A stretch of 64,000 nucleotides of DNA. Origin: Octopus sinensis. Its lineage: Eukaryota. This document shows, in pieces, positions 52,375 through 63,000 of this stretch. Under the pieces are notes generated by a model. The model saw only the letters and a list, made by a program, of their open reading frames with translations. It searched no databases and was not told where the DNA came from. The first letter of the stretch is position 1. Every line of letters starts with the position of its first letter. Location: contig NC_043015.1 in assembly GCF_006345805.1 (NCBI RefSeq), positions 34,906,001 to 34,970,000 on the forward strand, read 5' to 3'. The position numbers and the translations under genes were made by a program.

Positions 52375-52562
52375 TGGAAATGGCTATTGCTCGATTCTCT
52401 TACCATGCTGAGAATGAAGATGAATTAACATTAAAAGAAGGTGATACCATTACAATTCTTAAAAAAGATCTGGAAGATGTTGGTTGGTGGAAAGGAGAAC
52501 TTAATGGCAGAATTGGAGTATTTCCTGACAACTTTGTTGAGATAATTCCTACTCAAGAGGAG
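52375..52562 (+). CDS. SH3KBP1: Exon: SH3-C domain ([63 protein letters not shown])
   Basis: ttttcag acceptor, GAG|gtgtg donor, 188 nt, phase 1 to 0; full SH3 motifs. Confidence 0.95.
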
Positions 52563-53219
52563 GTGTGAATTAAATTTTACTCCAGAGATTTTGTTTCCAT
52601 TCTGTCATCTACATTTTCAGTGTTTGTGTGTACTGAATATGCATGTGTGAATATAATTATATAAGTATATGAATATATATATATTTCTCTATATTGTGTA
52701 TGTATTATTTAATAGACACAATGCATGTTTCTATATGCTTGTAATAGTTTCATATGTTGAGAAATACTTCAAACATATTCATCAGGCACAAATCACATAT
52801 AACAAACTAAAAATTGAATGAGAGAAGAAATGCAAAAAGTTGAGAAGGAAGTATATAGAAAATGTGGAAGGTTAAAAAACGGAAAATGCAAAACGGAAAG
52901 GATTTTTGGTAACCACATTTAATTTCCAAATTAAATATATATTACAGATATGTGCTATAACTCTTTCAGTAGCTTGATGTCTATCACTTTTCTGCCCCCA
53001 TAATTGCCTTTCTCTAAAGCATCCTCCTTTACTCTGATAGCAGCTGGGATTGATACTTGTATGTCAGTCATATGTGGTTTGTGTCTGATGATTATGTCTG
53101 AGGTATTTCTCAACATATAAAACTATTTGTAGCACATACAAACATGTATTGTGTCTATTAAATAACATCTCTCACCAGATAGAGTACATTTTTTTTGTGA
53201 TCATAACATGGAACAGTAC

Positions 53220-53220
<1 letters not shown>

Positions 53221-53286
<66 letters not shown>

Positions 53287-53576
53287 CACTAGCAGAAATA
53301 CCCCTTGTCAACTGGTTTGAAAAAGCTGCCAAAATTGTACTATGAATATTGAAATTTATTCACGTAGATTGTATTGAATGTAAATGAGAAATAGCTGTTA
53401 CATTTCATGTTGATGATAGAGCTGTGTCCTTCTCGCAAACATAACAGAAATGTCTATCAACATTCATGTGGATGATAGAGGTGTTTCCTTCTGGTGAATA
53501 TCATCATATATATATTATATATATATATATATTATATATATATATTATATATATATTATATATATATATATATATC

Positions 53577-53613
<37 letters not shown>

Positions 53614-53628
53614 ATATTATATATATAT

Positions 53629-53706
<78 letters not shown>

Positions 53707-53708
53707 AT
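53221..53708. repeat. (TA)n / degenerate TA microsatellites (53221-53286, 53505-53708)
   Basis: Read directly; similar tracts at 19375-19420, 20060-20115, 48485-48690, 58490-58612 and 61357-61450; (CT)n at 16087-16136. Confidence 0.95.
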
Positions 53709-53764
53709 TAGTGAATTGAAGAAATGGAGTTGAACGAAGATTGAACAGAAATCGTTTTATTGCA

Positions 53765-53844
53765 TTCTACACGTGTTTCGAAAGGCACAATTTACCAAAT
53801 TCCGATTGAATAAGGAGACCATATTGTGTCTTTCTCTTCAGGAA
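53765..53844 (-). ncRNA. Minimal type I hammerhead ribozyme (Penelope-type)
   Basis: Reverse complement: UUC CUGAAGA GAAAGACACAAU-loop-AUUGUGCCUUUC GAAA C-ACGU-G UA GAA; helix II 11/12 bp, palindromic helix III, GUA site; helix I short. Confidence 0.72.
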
Positions 53845-54338
53845 GAAATAGGAAATCCGTTGGAAAAAACAAAAACAGAACAGAGGCGGAACAAAACAAA
53901 TCGAACGAGGCTCCTAAGAGCCCATGGCAAAACTGTTTATCAATGTATGTTGAAAACTGGTGGTGGGTGCGTTGAAGGTTTTAACGGGTCAGGCAGCGGT
54001 CAATCCGGTGGGTGGGAGCATGGTGTGCTTAGATGTTCTTTGTGACCGAGACTAAATTTCTGACTATTTAAAGAATATTAGGTGTATTATTATTTTTTTT
54101 TTTTACATTCATTGAAATCATGTTGCATTTACATGAAGCCACTTCCTCTTTGATATAAAATAGATTTTTGTTGAATTGAAATCTGAAAGTGATATCATAA
54201 TTTGGATTTTGAACAGGTTACTTTTAAGAACTTCTTGTTATATTTTTGTTCATAAGCTAACACTGTTATATTCTAACATTATATAATGAAAGCCATCTAT
54301 CACATTATTCTAAATTGTGGCATGTTTTATTTTTATAG

Positions 54339-54522
54339 GCTCCAAAAATAAAGAAAACTTATTCAACTTCTTCACAAGATTCTTCTGTATTGTCTTCACA
54401 AAACAATAAATCAACTCGAAGTAACAATGAATCCAACAAAGTTGACAATAAACACAACAATAACAAAGATTCCCTTTTAGGAACCAATGTACAAAGCAGT
54501 TTTAAAAGAATTCGTGATAATG
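54339..54522 (+). CDS. SH3KBP1: Exon: Ser/Asn-rich low-complexity linker (APKIKKTYSTSSQDSS..SFKRIRDN)
   Basis: tttatag acceptor, G|gtaagc donor, 184 nt open, phase 0 to 1. Confidence 0.8.
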
Positions 54523-55924
54523 GTAAGCCTACGAATTTTCTTTTTTATCTTTCAGTTTATTTTACTTTGTTACTTAGGCGTCAAGTTTTTTCTTAAAGAG
54601 GTGGAATTCAATTGATTGTATTGATTATACTACTGGTACTTAATTTATCATCCCTAAAATTTTGGTTGAGAGAAACAAGATTAATATTGTAATGCAATAT
54701 TAATGTAACAGTAGGGCCATATAAGGTCCTTCATGAGATTTTCTATGGCACACATGTAATAACGGTATATGAATGTAATAACTTCTTATTAAAATCACGT
54801 TGAACAATTTAATTTCTTTCTCCTTATTTACTCATGCTTTCTCTCGATCAAAGTTTGGGGGAGTTTATATTTAACAAACAATTTTTGTTTCAGATAAAGC
54901 TTTGCTTTGCATGACATACAAACTGTATGATAGCTTGTTATCTGGAAAAAGATAGTCCTGAACAGAGTTTATTATGTTCTTTCAAAATGAAAGAGCATTG
55001 TGTACCGAATCTTTTTTTTTATGATTCTTGAACTCTCATAATAAATAATGGTCTCGTCTTAGGAAAAGGAAGCTTTGTAAAAATAAAAAAAATCTCAGTG
55101 GGCAATTTGTTCCTTTATTCAAACTGACTGATGTGGTTAATGTTCTGAATCCCTTGTAGCATTTCAATGAACTTAATGTTAAGTGACATTACACTTCCAA
55201 ACATTCTGGATATGGTTAATTTAAAGGAAATATTAGAAAGCTTAAAACTGAAGCTCTAAGATAAATCAGAAACCTTTTCAGCCAAATCCATAAAGATTTT
55301 GAGGTAATTGTGCACATAAGCTATGTTGTTAGTGAAAACATTAAACATTCTAAAAATTCTGTTTGAGAAAGAATGCTGTGATGTGAAGGAGGAAAAGACA
55401 GAAGCAGAGAGAGAATTATGGTAGTTTTATATGTCTATTTGGAAGGGTCACTCACAATGTCCACATGATCTGCTGCCATACTATCTAACAGGTCTGCTTT
55501 CATATACTGTCCACTGCCAGCTGACAACTCGCACCTCACCAACCCCAGCATGCCCACCATGACCCTTCTGCTGGGACCTACAGGCTCCACTTCCAACAGG
55601 ACATGCATACTCCCTCACTTCTCTACAACACAGCCTGGCTAATAACACCACACCCCCACCTAATCTGAAGATCATTCAACCAACCTGCCCACACCCTCTC
55701 CTCAACCCTGACCACACGCCTTGTCTCGTAATCAACTAAACAGTGAGGAGGGCACTGTGGGACTTCAGGACTGTGACCACTTTGGGACTTCAGGACTGGC
55801 CTCAGTCTCTGGCATGTTGCTGCCAGCTTCATCCCTTTGTCCATTACTGTTGGCTCCATCCTTCGTCACATTCATGATCCTGCACACATCCAAAACAAGC
55901 AAAGTTCATTGTCCACTGAATGAG

Positions 55925-56930
55925 GGGTATTCATAAGTGGGCCGGTTACACCTAACGTTCAGATGTGCTTTTAATGTTCCACTGGCACAAGTGCCAATCA
56001 GGCAGTACTGTCGTCGGCCATGCCAGCAATTTTGATTTTGATTTCACTTGCCTCAGTAGGTCTTCACAAGCAAGGTTTATTGTCCAATGAATTAGGGTAT
56101 TCACAAATGGGCTGGTTACACCCACTGGCATAGGCCATGGGCTATGGTCTCACTTGGCTAGTCGGGTCTTCTCAAGCACAGCATATTTCCAAAGGTCCTT
56201 GCCTCAGTAAGGCTCAATGTTCAAAGGTTGTGCTTCACCACCTCATCCCATATCTTCCTGGGTCTACCTCTTCCACAGGTTCCCTCCACTGTTAGGGTGT
56301 AACACTTTTTCACACAGCTGCCCTCATCTATACACAACACATGACCATATTAGCACGGTTGTCTCTCTTGCACACCATATCTCATGCTTCTTATGTCCAA
56401 CTTTTCTCTCAGGGTGCTTACACTCTGCTGTGTTTGCACACATTACACATCCATTGGGGCATACTAGCTTCATTTGCTCTCATACATATATATATGTATA
56501 TATATATGTGGATATAGGAACAAACTCTCATGTTTGTATGTTGGATGTCATTCCTAGCACCAGTTTGATATTGCTGCCCTTGATTTTCTTCCCATGATAT
56601 GGGATCTTGGAGAGCAAAAGATTGGGGTGCTTCTTGAAAACATCTACCCCCATTCCATGTAGATACCTCAGGCTTTTTAGTAAGAAATTAAACAGCTGTG
56701 GGTCCTTAAAACCAAGCTGTTGCTGTACCTGGTTATTTCTCTTGACATGGTGGTTTGGACTTTTTGCACTGTACAGTCAAGTCTTCTCCAGGGATTGGTA
56801 TAATTCTTTATGTCAAAGTTTTGTGCCAGCCCCTCCAGGATTTTTCATATGCATATCACTGCATACCCCTCCAATTCTTTGCTTCAGGGAGTTGATTTGT
56901 AATTCTTTTAGCCTCTCTTTGTAGCTCAAC
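55925..56930 (-). mobile_element. RTE LINE mosaic (3' UTR / ORF2 C-terminus plus upstream fragments)
   Basis: Matches 46031-46915 (ccacctcatcccatatcttcctgggtctacctcttccacaggttccc). Confidence 0.75.
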
Positions 56931-56959
56931 TGGCTCATTGAAGAAATTTTCTTCAGGTG

Positions 56960-57225
56960 AAATCATCAAACTGCTTTAACTCCTACTATTAGTTTGATGG
57001 CTGAGAGCAAATGTCCTCCATAGGACTAGCAGAGTTCTTTGTTCTGAAAGTCCTCACAGTCCATCTGACCATTTGCCTGCATGTTGCCAAAATCTTTGTG
57101 ATATGTTCATGAAACAAAGCATCATTGCCCAATCTCCAAGTCACACACTTTCTCATCCAAAATATCTTTGCTGTACTGTAATGACACAAGCTGTCTGATG
57201 GCAGACGGCTTGCAATGTTCATGTA
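56960..57225 (-). mobile_element. Old CR1-group LINE fragment
   Basis: NDALFHEHITKILATCRQMVRWTVRTFRT vs [29 protein letters not shown] in the long LINE. Confidence 0.7.
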
Positions 57226-57478
57226 TTAAATTGACATAGGTAGGAAGAACTACTAGTTTGTTTTTATATTTAATTTAACGAGCTACATATAGAATATTTG
57301 TTCAAATTTGTATTTTGTTCTATAAATTAGATGTAATTAACATCTTCCCTTATGCATTACCAATTGAATGCAAATCCTATGAGAAATACATTTTCTCTTA
57401 TTTAATCCACGTTGAAAGAGTAATTATTTGTGGTGAAAAACAAAACATTTAATGCATAATTTTCCTTTATCATTCCAG

Positions 57479-57688
57479 ATTCTGTTGATAAATCATCACT
57501 ACCTGCCCTGCCAACTAAAAAACCCTTTTTGCCACCTCCAGTTGGTAAAAAACCAGCACCTTTGAAAACTGAACTTTCAAAACAACCAACTATCGACAAC
57601 AAAGATTTGAGCAAATCAAAAGTTTCTGCTAATGTATCTGAAAATAAAAACAAAGACACACACAAAGAAAAAGATAGCCGAGATAAAG
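57479..57688 (+). CDS. SH3KBP1: Exon: proline-rich region (DSVDKSSLPALPTKKPFLPPPVGKKPAPL..KDSRDK)
   Basis: ttccag acceptor, G|gtaag donor, 210 nt, symmetric phase 1-1; PALPTKKP resembles CIN85 PAIPPKKP. Confidence 0.88.
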
Positions 57689-57960
57689 GTAAGAAAATAG
57701 TTTGGGATTGAGATTATCTGACACTTTAAGTAAATGTAAAGGCATAAGATTGAATGACTTTTTACACTATTTTCTTCTCTCTATAAGGATTCAAGTAATC
57801 TGGTAGTACTCATAAAAAAAGATCCATAATGTATCATTCTTCAAAACATATAGAATATAAGTACAATACAAGAGAAAACGATATGGTACATATGCAGTCA
57901 TGAATGACTAGAGAAATAGTTTACATATGTGTGTATATATATTACTTGTGTGTGTGTGTG

Positions 57961-58165
57961 CTGCCTTGACTGGCTTCTGTGCCGGTGGCACATAAAAAGC
58001 ACCCACTACACTCACGAAGTGGTTGGCGTTAGGAAGGTCATTCAGCTGTAGAAACACTGCCAGATCAGACTGGAGCCTGGTGCAGCCCCTGGCTTCCCAG
58101 ACCCCGGTTGAACCGTCCAACCTGTGCTAGCACGGAAAACAACATTAAACGATGATGATGATGAT
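57961..58165 (+). mobile_element. RTE 3' end with (GAT)n tail
   Basis: Reverse complement of the 45608/46031 family end; ttaaacgatgatgatgatg. Confidence 0.85.
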
Positions 58166-58492
58166 ATATATATGTATGTGCAAGCACATAAACCTTATAA
58201 TCTAGCAAAAAAAATCTGTAGCATAGTTTCAGATATCAATACTTGTGAACCAAGACTCCTTGAACTCAGATCAATACGCATTCAAAGTCAGTAAACAGCA
58301 ATGACAACAGCAGTTTGACTTTGAATCTCTTTAACAATTCAAAACAACCAATTTAATTCCTCTTAATTCTACCTCATTTCATCTAATCGTATTTATTTAT
58401 CGCTACTTTTCATTAAAAAATCTTTGTTTTTTTATATTCAATGTGCATTTTTTCTTCTTACTTTCTTCATATATAAATATATATGTATGTGT

Positions 58493-58533
<41 letters not shown>

Positions 58534-58612
58534 TGTGTGTGTGTATGCATATATATATGTGTATATATAGATATATGTAAATATATCTATGTATGTATAT
58601 ATGTATATATAT

Positions 58613-61262
58613 ATGTGCTACATATCGCCCTCCAGATGCCCCAAGCCATGTGGGCAAGTTTGAAGACTGCCTTATAAAAATAGAAGAAATTCTAACCACA
58701 TTAGAACAACACATAGGTGTGCTTCTTATGGGAGACTTCAATCTGCCCAATGTCAGATGGCCCGAGGGCCTTTCTCTCCCAGGAATGACAAGATGTGAAC
58801 GAGGACAGGCGAGGTCCCTCCTGAACCTCATCAACACCCTGTACATGGAGCAGGTAATACTCCAACCAACCAGGGCAGGAAACACACTGGATCTCTGCTT
58901 CACAAATGACATGGATCTCATCCATAATGTGAAAGTGACACCGACACTACTCTCGGATCACAACATGATAGAGCTGACCATGTACGGGCCAAAAGAGAGC
59001 ACGGACATGCAGCCTACAAGAAACCCTCAAAATCTTTCCAGCTTGAACTACCATAAGGCAAACTGGAAACAAATTGAGAAAGAGATCCTCAAACAAAACT
59101 GGCCTAAATGTCTCTCCTCGCCAGACATCGACATGAAACTTCAACAATTCATGTCTGTAATGCAAGCCATATGCTACAAATGTGTCCCAGAGAGAAAGGC
59201 CACTGTACACAAGAACAAAATCCCCAGAGAGAGGAAAATTTTAATGAGACGGCGTACGAAATTTTCAAATCGCCTAAACAAACAGATTGAAAGCAGTGAA
59301 AAGTCCCGCCTAAAAATAAAACTGTTGGAAATCGAAAAATGTCTGCAACTCTCCCATGAAAAAGAAAGAGCAGACAGAGAAGCCTGGGCTATAGAAAACA
59401 TAAAATCTAACCCCAGAGCTTTCTACAGGTATGCCAAAGAAACAGCTACAGTGCACTGTAGAATAGGGCCACTCCTCGAAAAGGATGGCACACTTACAGG
59501 AAAACCAATGAGGGTAAGTGAAATACTGAATGAGCAATTCAAGAGTGTTTTCACTCCACCCCTTGGGCATCTCCAAATCACCAATCCAACTGACTTTTTT
59601 AACACTGCAGATATAAAATCAGAGGCGGCGACGATAGATTACATCGATATAAAGGAAGAAGATGTAACCAAGGCTATAGATGAAATGAAAACAGACTCAG
59701 CTACTGGCCCCGATGGATTCCCGGCAATCCTCCTAAAAGCATGTAAGAGAGTCCTAGCAAGACCACTGCAGTTCCTCTTTCAGAGCTTCCTTGCAGCTGG
59801 CAAACTTCCAGGAAAACTGAAGGAAGGTAAAATATGCCCCATTCATAAAGGAGGTAGCAGAGCGGAAGCCAAGAACTATAGACCTATCTCTCTGACCTCA
59901 CACATCAGCAAGGTCATGGAACGAATAGTCAGAAGGAAGCTGACCACCTTCCTTGAAGAGAATGACTTGCTGCCCGACACCCAACATGGTTTCCGACCAG
60001 GGAGAAGCTGTTTAACTCAGCTCCTACAACACTATGACTGGGTGCTGAAACGGCTGCTCAACCACTCAAATGTGGAAGTGATATATCTCGACTTTGCAAA
60101 GGCCTTTGATAAAGTCGATCATGGAATGATATGTCACAAACTGCGTGATCTCAACATAGTTGGAAAACTGGGAGAATGGCTTCATGACTTTCTGAAGGAT
60201 AGAAGTCAGGTGGTAGTAGCCAATGGGGCCACCTCCATTAACACACAAATAGTGAGCGGTGTTCCGCAGGGCACTGTTCTGGGACCACTACTGTTCATAA
60301 TGGCCCTCTCAGACATGCCCTCAGCCACGCAGAGAGCCACGATCACAAGTTATGCAGATGATACAAAAGTTTCACAGGCAATACAGAACCCTGAGGACAC
60401 TAAACACCTGCAATGTGAGCTGGACGAAATATACAAGTGGGCTGAAAAGAATAGCATGCAGTTCAATGCTGGAAAGTTTCAAGCTTTATACCATCAGCAT
60501 GCAAAACTGAATGCAATACCCAATGAATACACTGGACCCGGAGGGATTGCAATCCCAGAGGCACAATCAGTGCGTGACCTGGGTATTCACATGAGTGATG
60601 ACGCGACCTTTCATGTACATGTTGCTAAACTGACACTGAAATGTAGACGGCTGGCTGGATGGATTCTTAGAACCTTTAGAACAAGAGAACAAGAAACCAT
60701 GATGGTCCTCTGGAAGACACTTGTCCTAAGCCACTTTGACTATTGCTCTCAGCTATGGTCACCATCCAGTGTCAAGTTGATCACAGAACTTGAGGCGACC
60801 CAACGAAGCTACACAAAGAAGATAGCCTCTATGCAGAATGTAAGCTACTGGGAAAGACTCAAGAGATTAAAATTATATTCCCTGGAGCGTAGGCGGGAAA
60901 GATATGCCATAATATACATCTGGAAGATCCTGGAGGGAAGTGTCCTGAACTTTGGCATCGAGAGTTACGCAAATGCCAGAACTGGGCGCCACTGCGTGGT
61001 GCCTAGGACTCCAAACCTGCCATCAAGATGTAGGACAAGATTCTGTGATAGCCTGGGCTTCCGAGGCCCACAGCTCTTCAATATCCTCCCGAAGATCCTG
61101 AGAGACCTGCATGGGGTGGATACAGATGTCTTTAAAATGAAGCTGGATCTCTTCCTGTCAGGTGTCCCAGATGAACCAACTTCACGGCAGGAGGGGCAGA
61201 TGAGGGCAGCTGCATCGAACTCTCTCATGCACCAAATAGCAGTTGCTAGAAAGCCTCCATGA
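58613..61262 (+). CDS. LINE ORF2 (partial APE endonuclease + complete-looking RT), 5'-truncated with no native start
   Basis: [26 protein letters not shown] (EN); [48 protein letters not shown] (RT). Confidence 0.9.
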
Positions 61263-61357
61263 AGTGAAACCAAGTAGCAACACCAAATGGCGGTGCCCCA
61301 GCATGGCCACAGCTCATAAGCTGAAACTAGAATCAATCAATCAATCAATCAATCAAT
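58613..61357 (+). mobile_element. Young 5'-truncated CR1/L2-group LINE with (AATC)n tail
   Basis: Uninterrupted ORF to TGA at 61260-61262, ~70-nt 3' UTR, (AATC)6 tail at 61331-61357; embedded in TA-rich microsatellite, so no TSD could be resolved. Confidence 0.95.
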
Positions 61358-61532
61358 ATATGTATGCATATCTATCTATCTATCTCTCTCTATATATATA
61401 TATATATATGTATGCATATCTATCTATCTATCTATATATATATATATATTATAATAATAATAGTAATATGAGGGAATATTATTCCAAACTTACAGGGAAA
61501 AATTCAATTTAGAAATACTAAATCAAATTTCA

Positions 61533-61568
<36 letters not shown>

Positions 61569-61726
61569 TAGAAAAAAAAACACATTTTATCAATTCAATA
61601 ATGAAAAATTAAATTACACCATTTAGAAAAATTACATATTATAGAAAGATTAAATATAAGATAAAACATATAACGATGATTAAGTAATGTGCAAAATTTT
61701 TAATAAAACGTATATATTTGGTAGAA

Positions 61727-61830
61727 TAACGACACGTGTTTCGTGGCTATATTTAAGAAATGATAATAGTAAAAATAATAGTAGTGGTAGTAAAATCACT
61801 TCAATATAAATATAGCCACTCTTCAGGTTA
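61727..61830 (-). ncRNA. Minimal type I hammerhead ribozyme (Penelope-type)
   Basis: Reverse complement: UAAC CUGAAGA GUGGCUAUAUUUA-loop-UAAAUAUAGCCAC GAAA C-ACGU-G UC GUUA; perfect 13-bp helix II, palindromic helix III, GUC site. Confidence 0.8.
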
Positions 61831-61962
61831 AAGATAATAACAATAAAATAATTAATTCTATAAATTTATAAATATACGTAAATAATTTTGTAAAATACGA
61901 AATATCTTAGCAAATATATTCTTTTTTAAAAAATAAGATACAATTAATTAAAATATTAAAAT

Positions 61963-61993
<31 letters not shown>

Positions 61994-61997
<4 letters not shown>

Positions 61998-62047
61998 GGC
62001 AGTGCATCAGCATGACCGCTGCTCTGAGCTGAAACTAGAAAAAAAAA
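61994..62047 (+). mobile_element. Solo ~45-nt LINE/SINE 3' tail
   Basis: ggcagtgcatcagcatgaccgctgctctgagctgaaactagaaaa matches the LINE 3' end at 61289-61331; flanked by (TA)n. Confidence 0.7.
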
Positions 62048-62884
62048 TATATATATATATATATATAAGATACAAAATATACATTAAGTGAATACTAAAT
62101 ACTACAATTTAAACTATATACATTAAATCAAATTTTTAATTAATTTATTTATTTAATAAACATCCAAATAAAGTCTCATACCCATTAAGCAATTTATACT
62201 AAAAACCTTAATGTTAAGTCATATACACAATGCTAGTACAAGCCATAAATACTGGAATCAAAAATAGAAAATGGTTCAAACATACACACACCATGTAACT
62301 TGGCAAGAAATTCCTCAAGAGAAAACATTTGTCATCTGATCATTAACATACTTAATAGGGCCCCTGCATAGAAAAGTGCAAGGAGCATGTCTCCTAAATA
62401 TTAAATATTCACATTATAACAATTAATAAATAATTCAAATGTTTAATTTCAGATTTAAATAAATTTTAACGATTATAAGGGTGTCTAATTACTTCTGTCA
62501 CTTGTGTGTGTGTGTGTGTTAATGCAATAGAAACATATGTCATCTTTATAAGGTGAGATCTATAATAATTTTCTCTATACGTATTTTTTGTTGTTTTATA
62601 CATATACGTATATATATACATGTACACATACATACAGCTACTGTTTTGACTATAATGAACAATAACTTTAGTTAATTTGGTTTGCAATTATCATTTTAAA
62701 TCAACTACTAAAATAAATTGTGTATTGAAATTATATCCTTGTATTCAACATACCATGTATCTGTAAATCATTGTGCTTTACTACATTGTGATTATTCAAT
62801 GCATAACAATTCTGTTATTAAGAAGTTTACAATGTGAACTTGGATTTCTCTTAACATAATTTGAAAACTTATCATTTTACTTAG

Positions 62885-63000
62885 GATTTTCTGACTTTGA
62901 TAATTTTGAAGTACCTGCAGCAGAGAAACTTGTACATTTAACTGCCAACCGAGTAAAACAACCCAAAAAGCGTCCCCCATCCCTAGTTTTTCTTCATTCT
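62885..63000 (+). CDS. SH3KBP1: Exon: capping-protein-interaction (CPI) motif (GFSDFDNFEVPAAEKLVHLTANRVKQPKKRPPSLVFLHS)
   Basis: acttag acceptor, TCT|gtaagt donor, 116 nt, phase 1 to 0; LxHxTxxRxK..RPP matches the CPI consensus. Confidence 0.9.

Larger units (their letters stand above)
7818..63000 (+). other. SH3KBP1: Host gene span (partial): CIN85/CD2AP/cindr-family SH3 adaptor with 3 SH3 domains, Pro-rich region and CPI motif; start exon and 3' exons not found in window
   Basis: Ten GT-AG exons chain with compatible phases (1|0|1|0|1|0|1|0|1|1|0). The joined protein has three SH3 domains, KKVKGVGFGNIF..PIKLRP, PALPTKKP and LVHLTANRVKQPKKRPPS, all characteristic of CIN85/CD2AP. Assignment to one vertebrate paralog is not possible; it is likely co-orthologous to both. 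Confidence 0.93.

Noticed and set aside
53466-53711. Ile/Tyr-rich ORFs (also 48359-48742, 58403-58921, 58483-58677)
   Set aside because: Translations of TA/TG microsatellites
57788-57802. Micro-exon after ctataag
   Set aside because: Contains TAA in the required phase-1 frame and has a weak donor
58701-61336. Minus-strand ORFs overlapping the LINE
   Set aside because: Antisense shadows of ORF2 with no motifs
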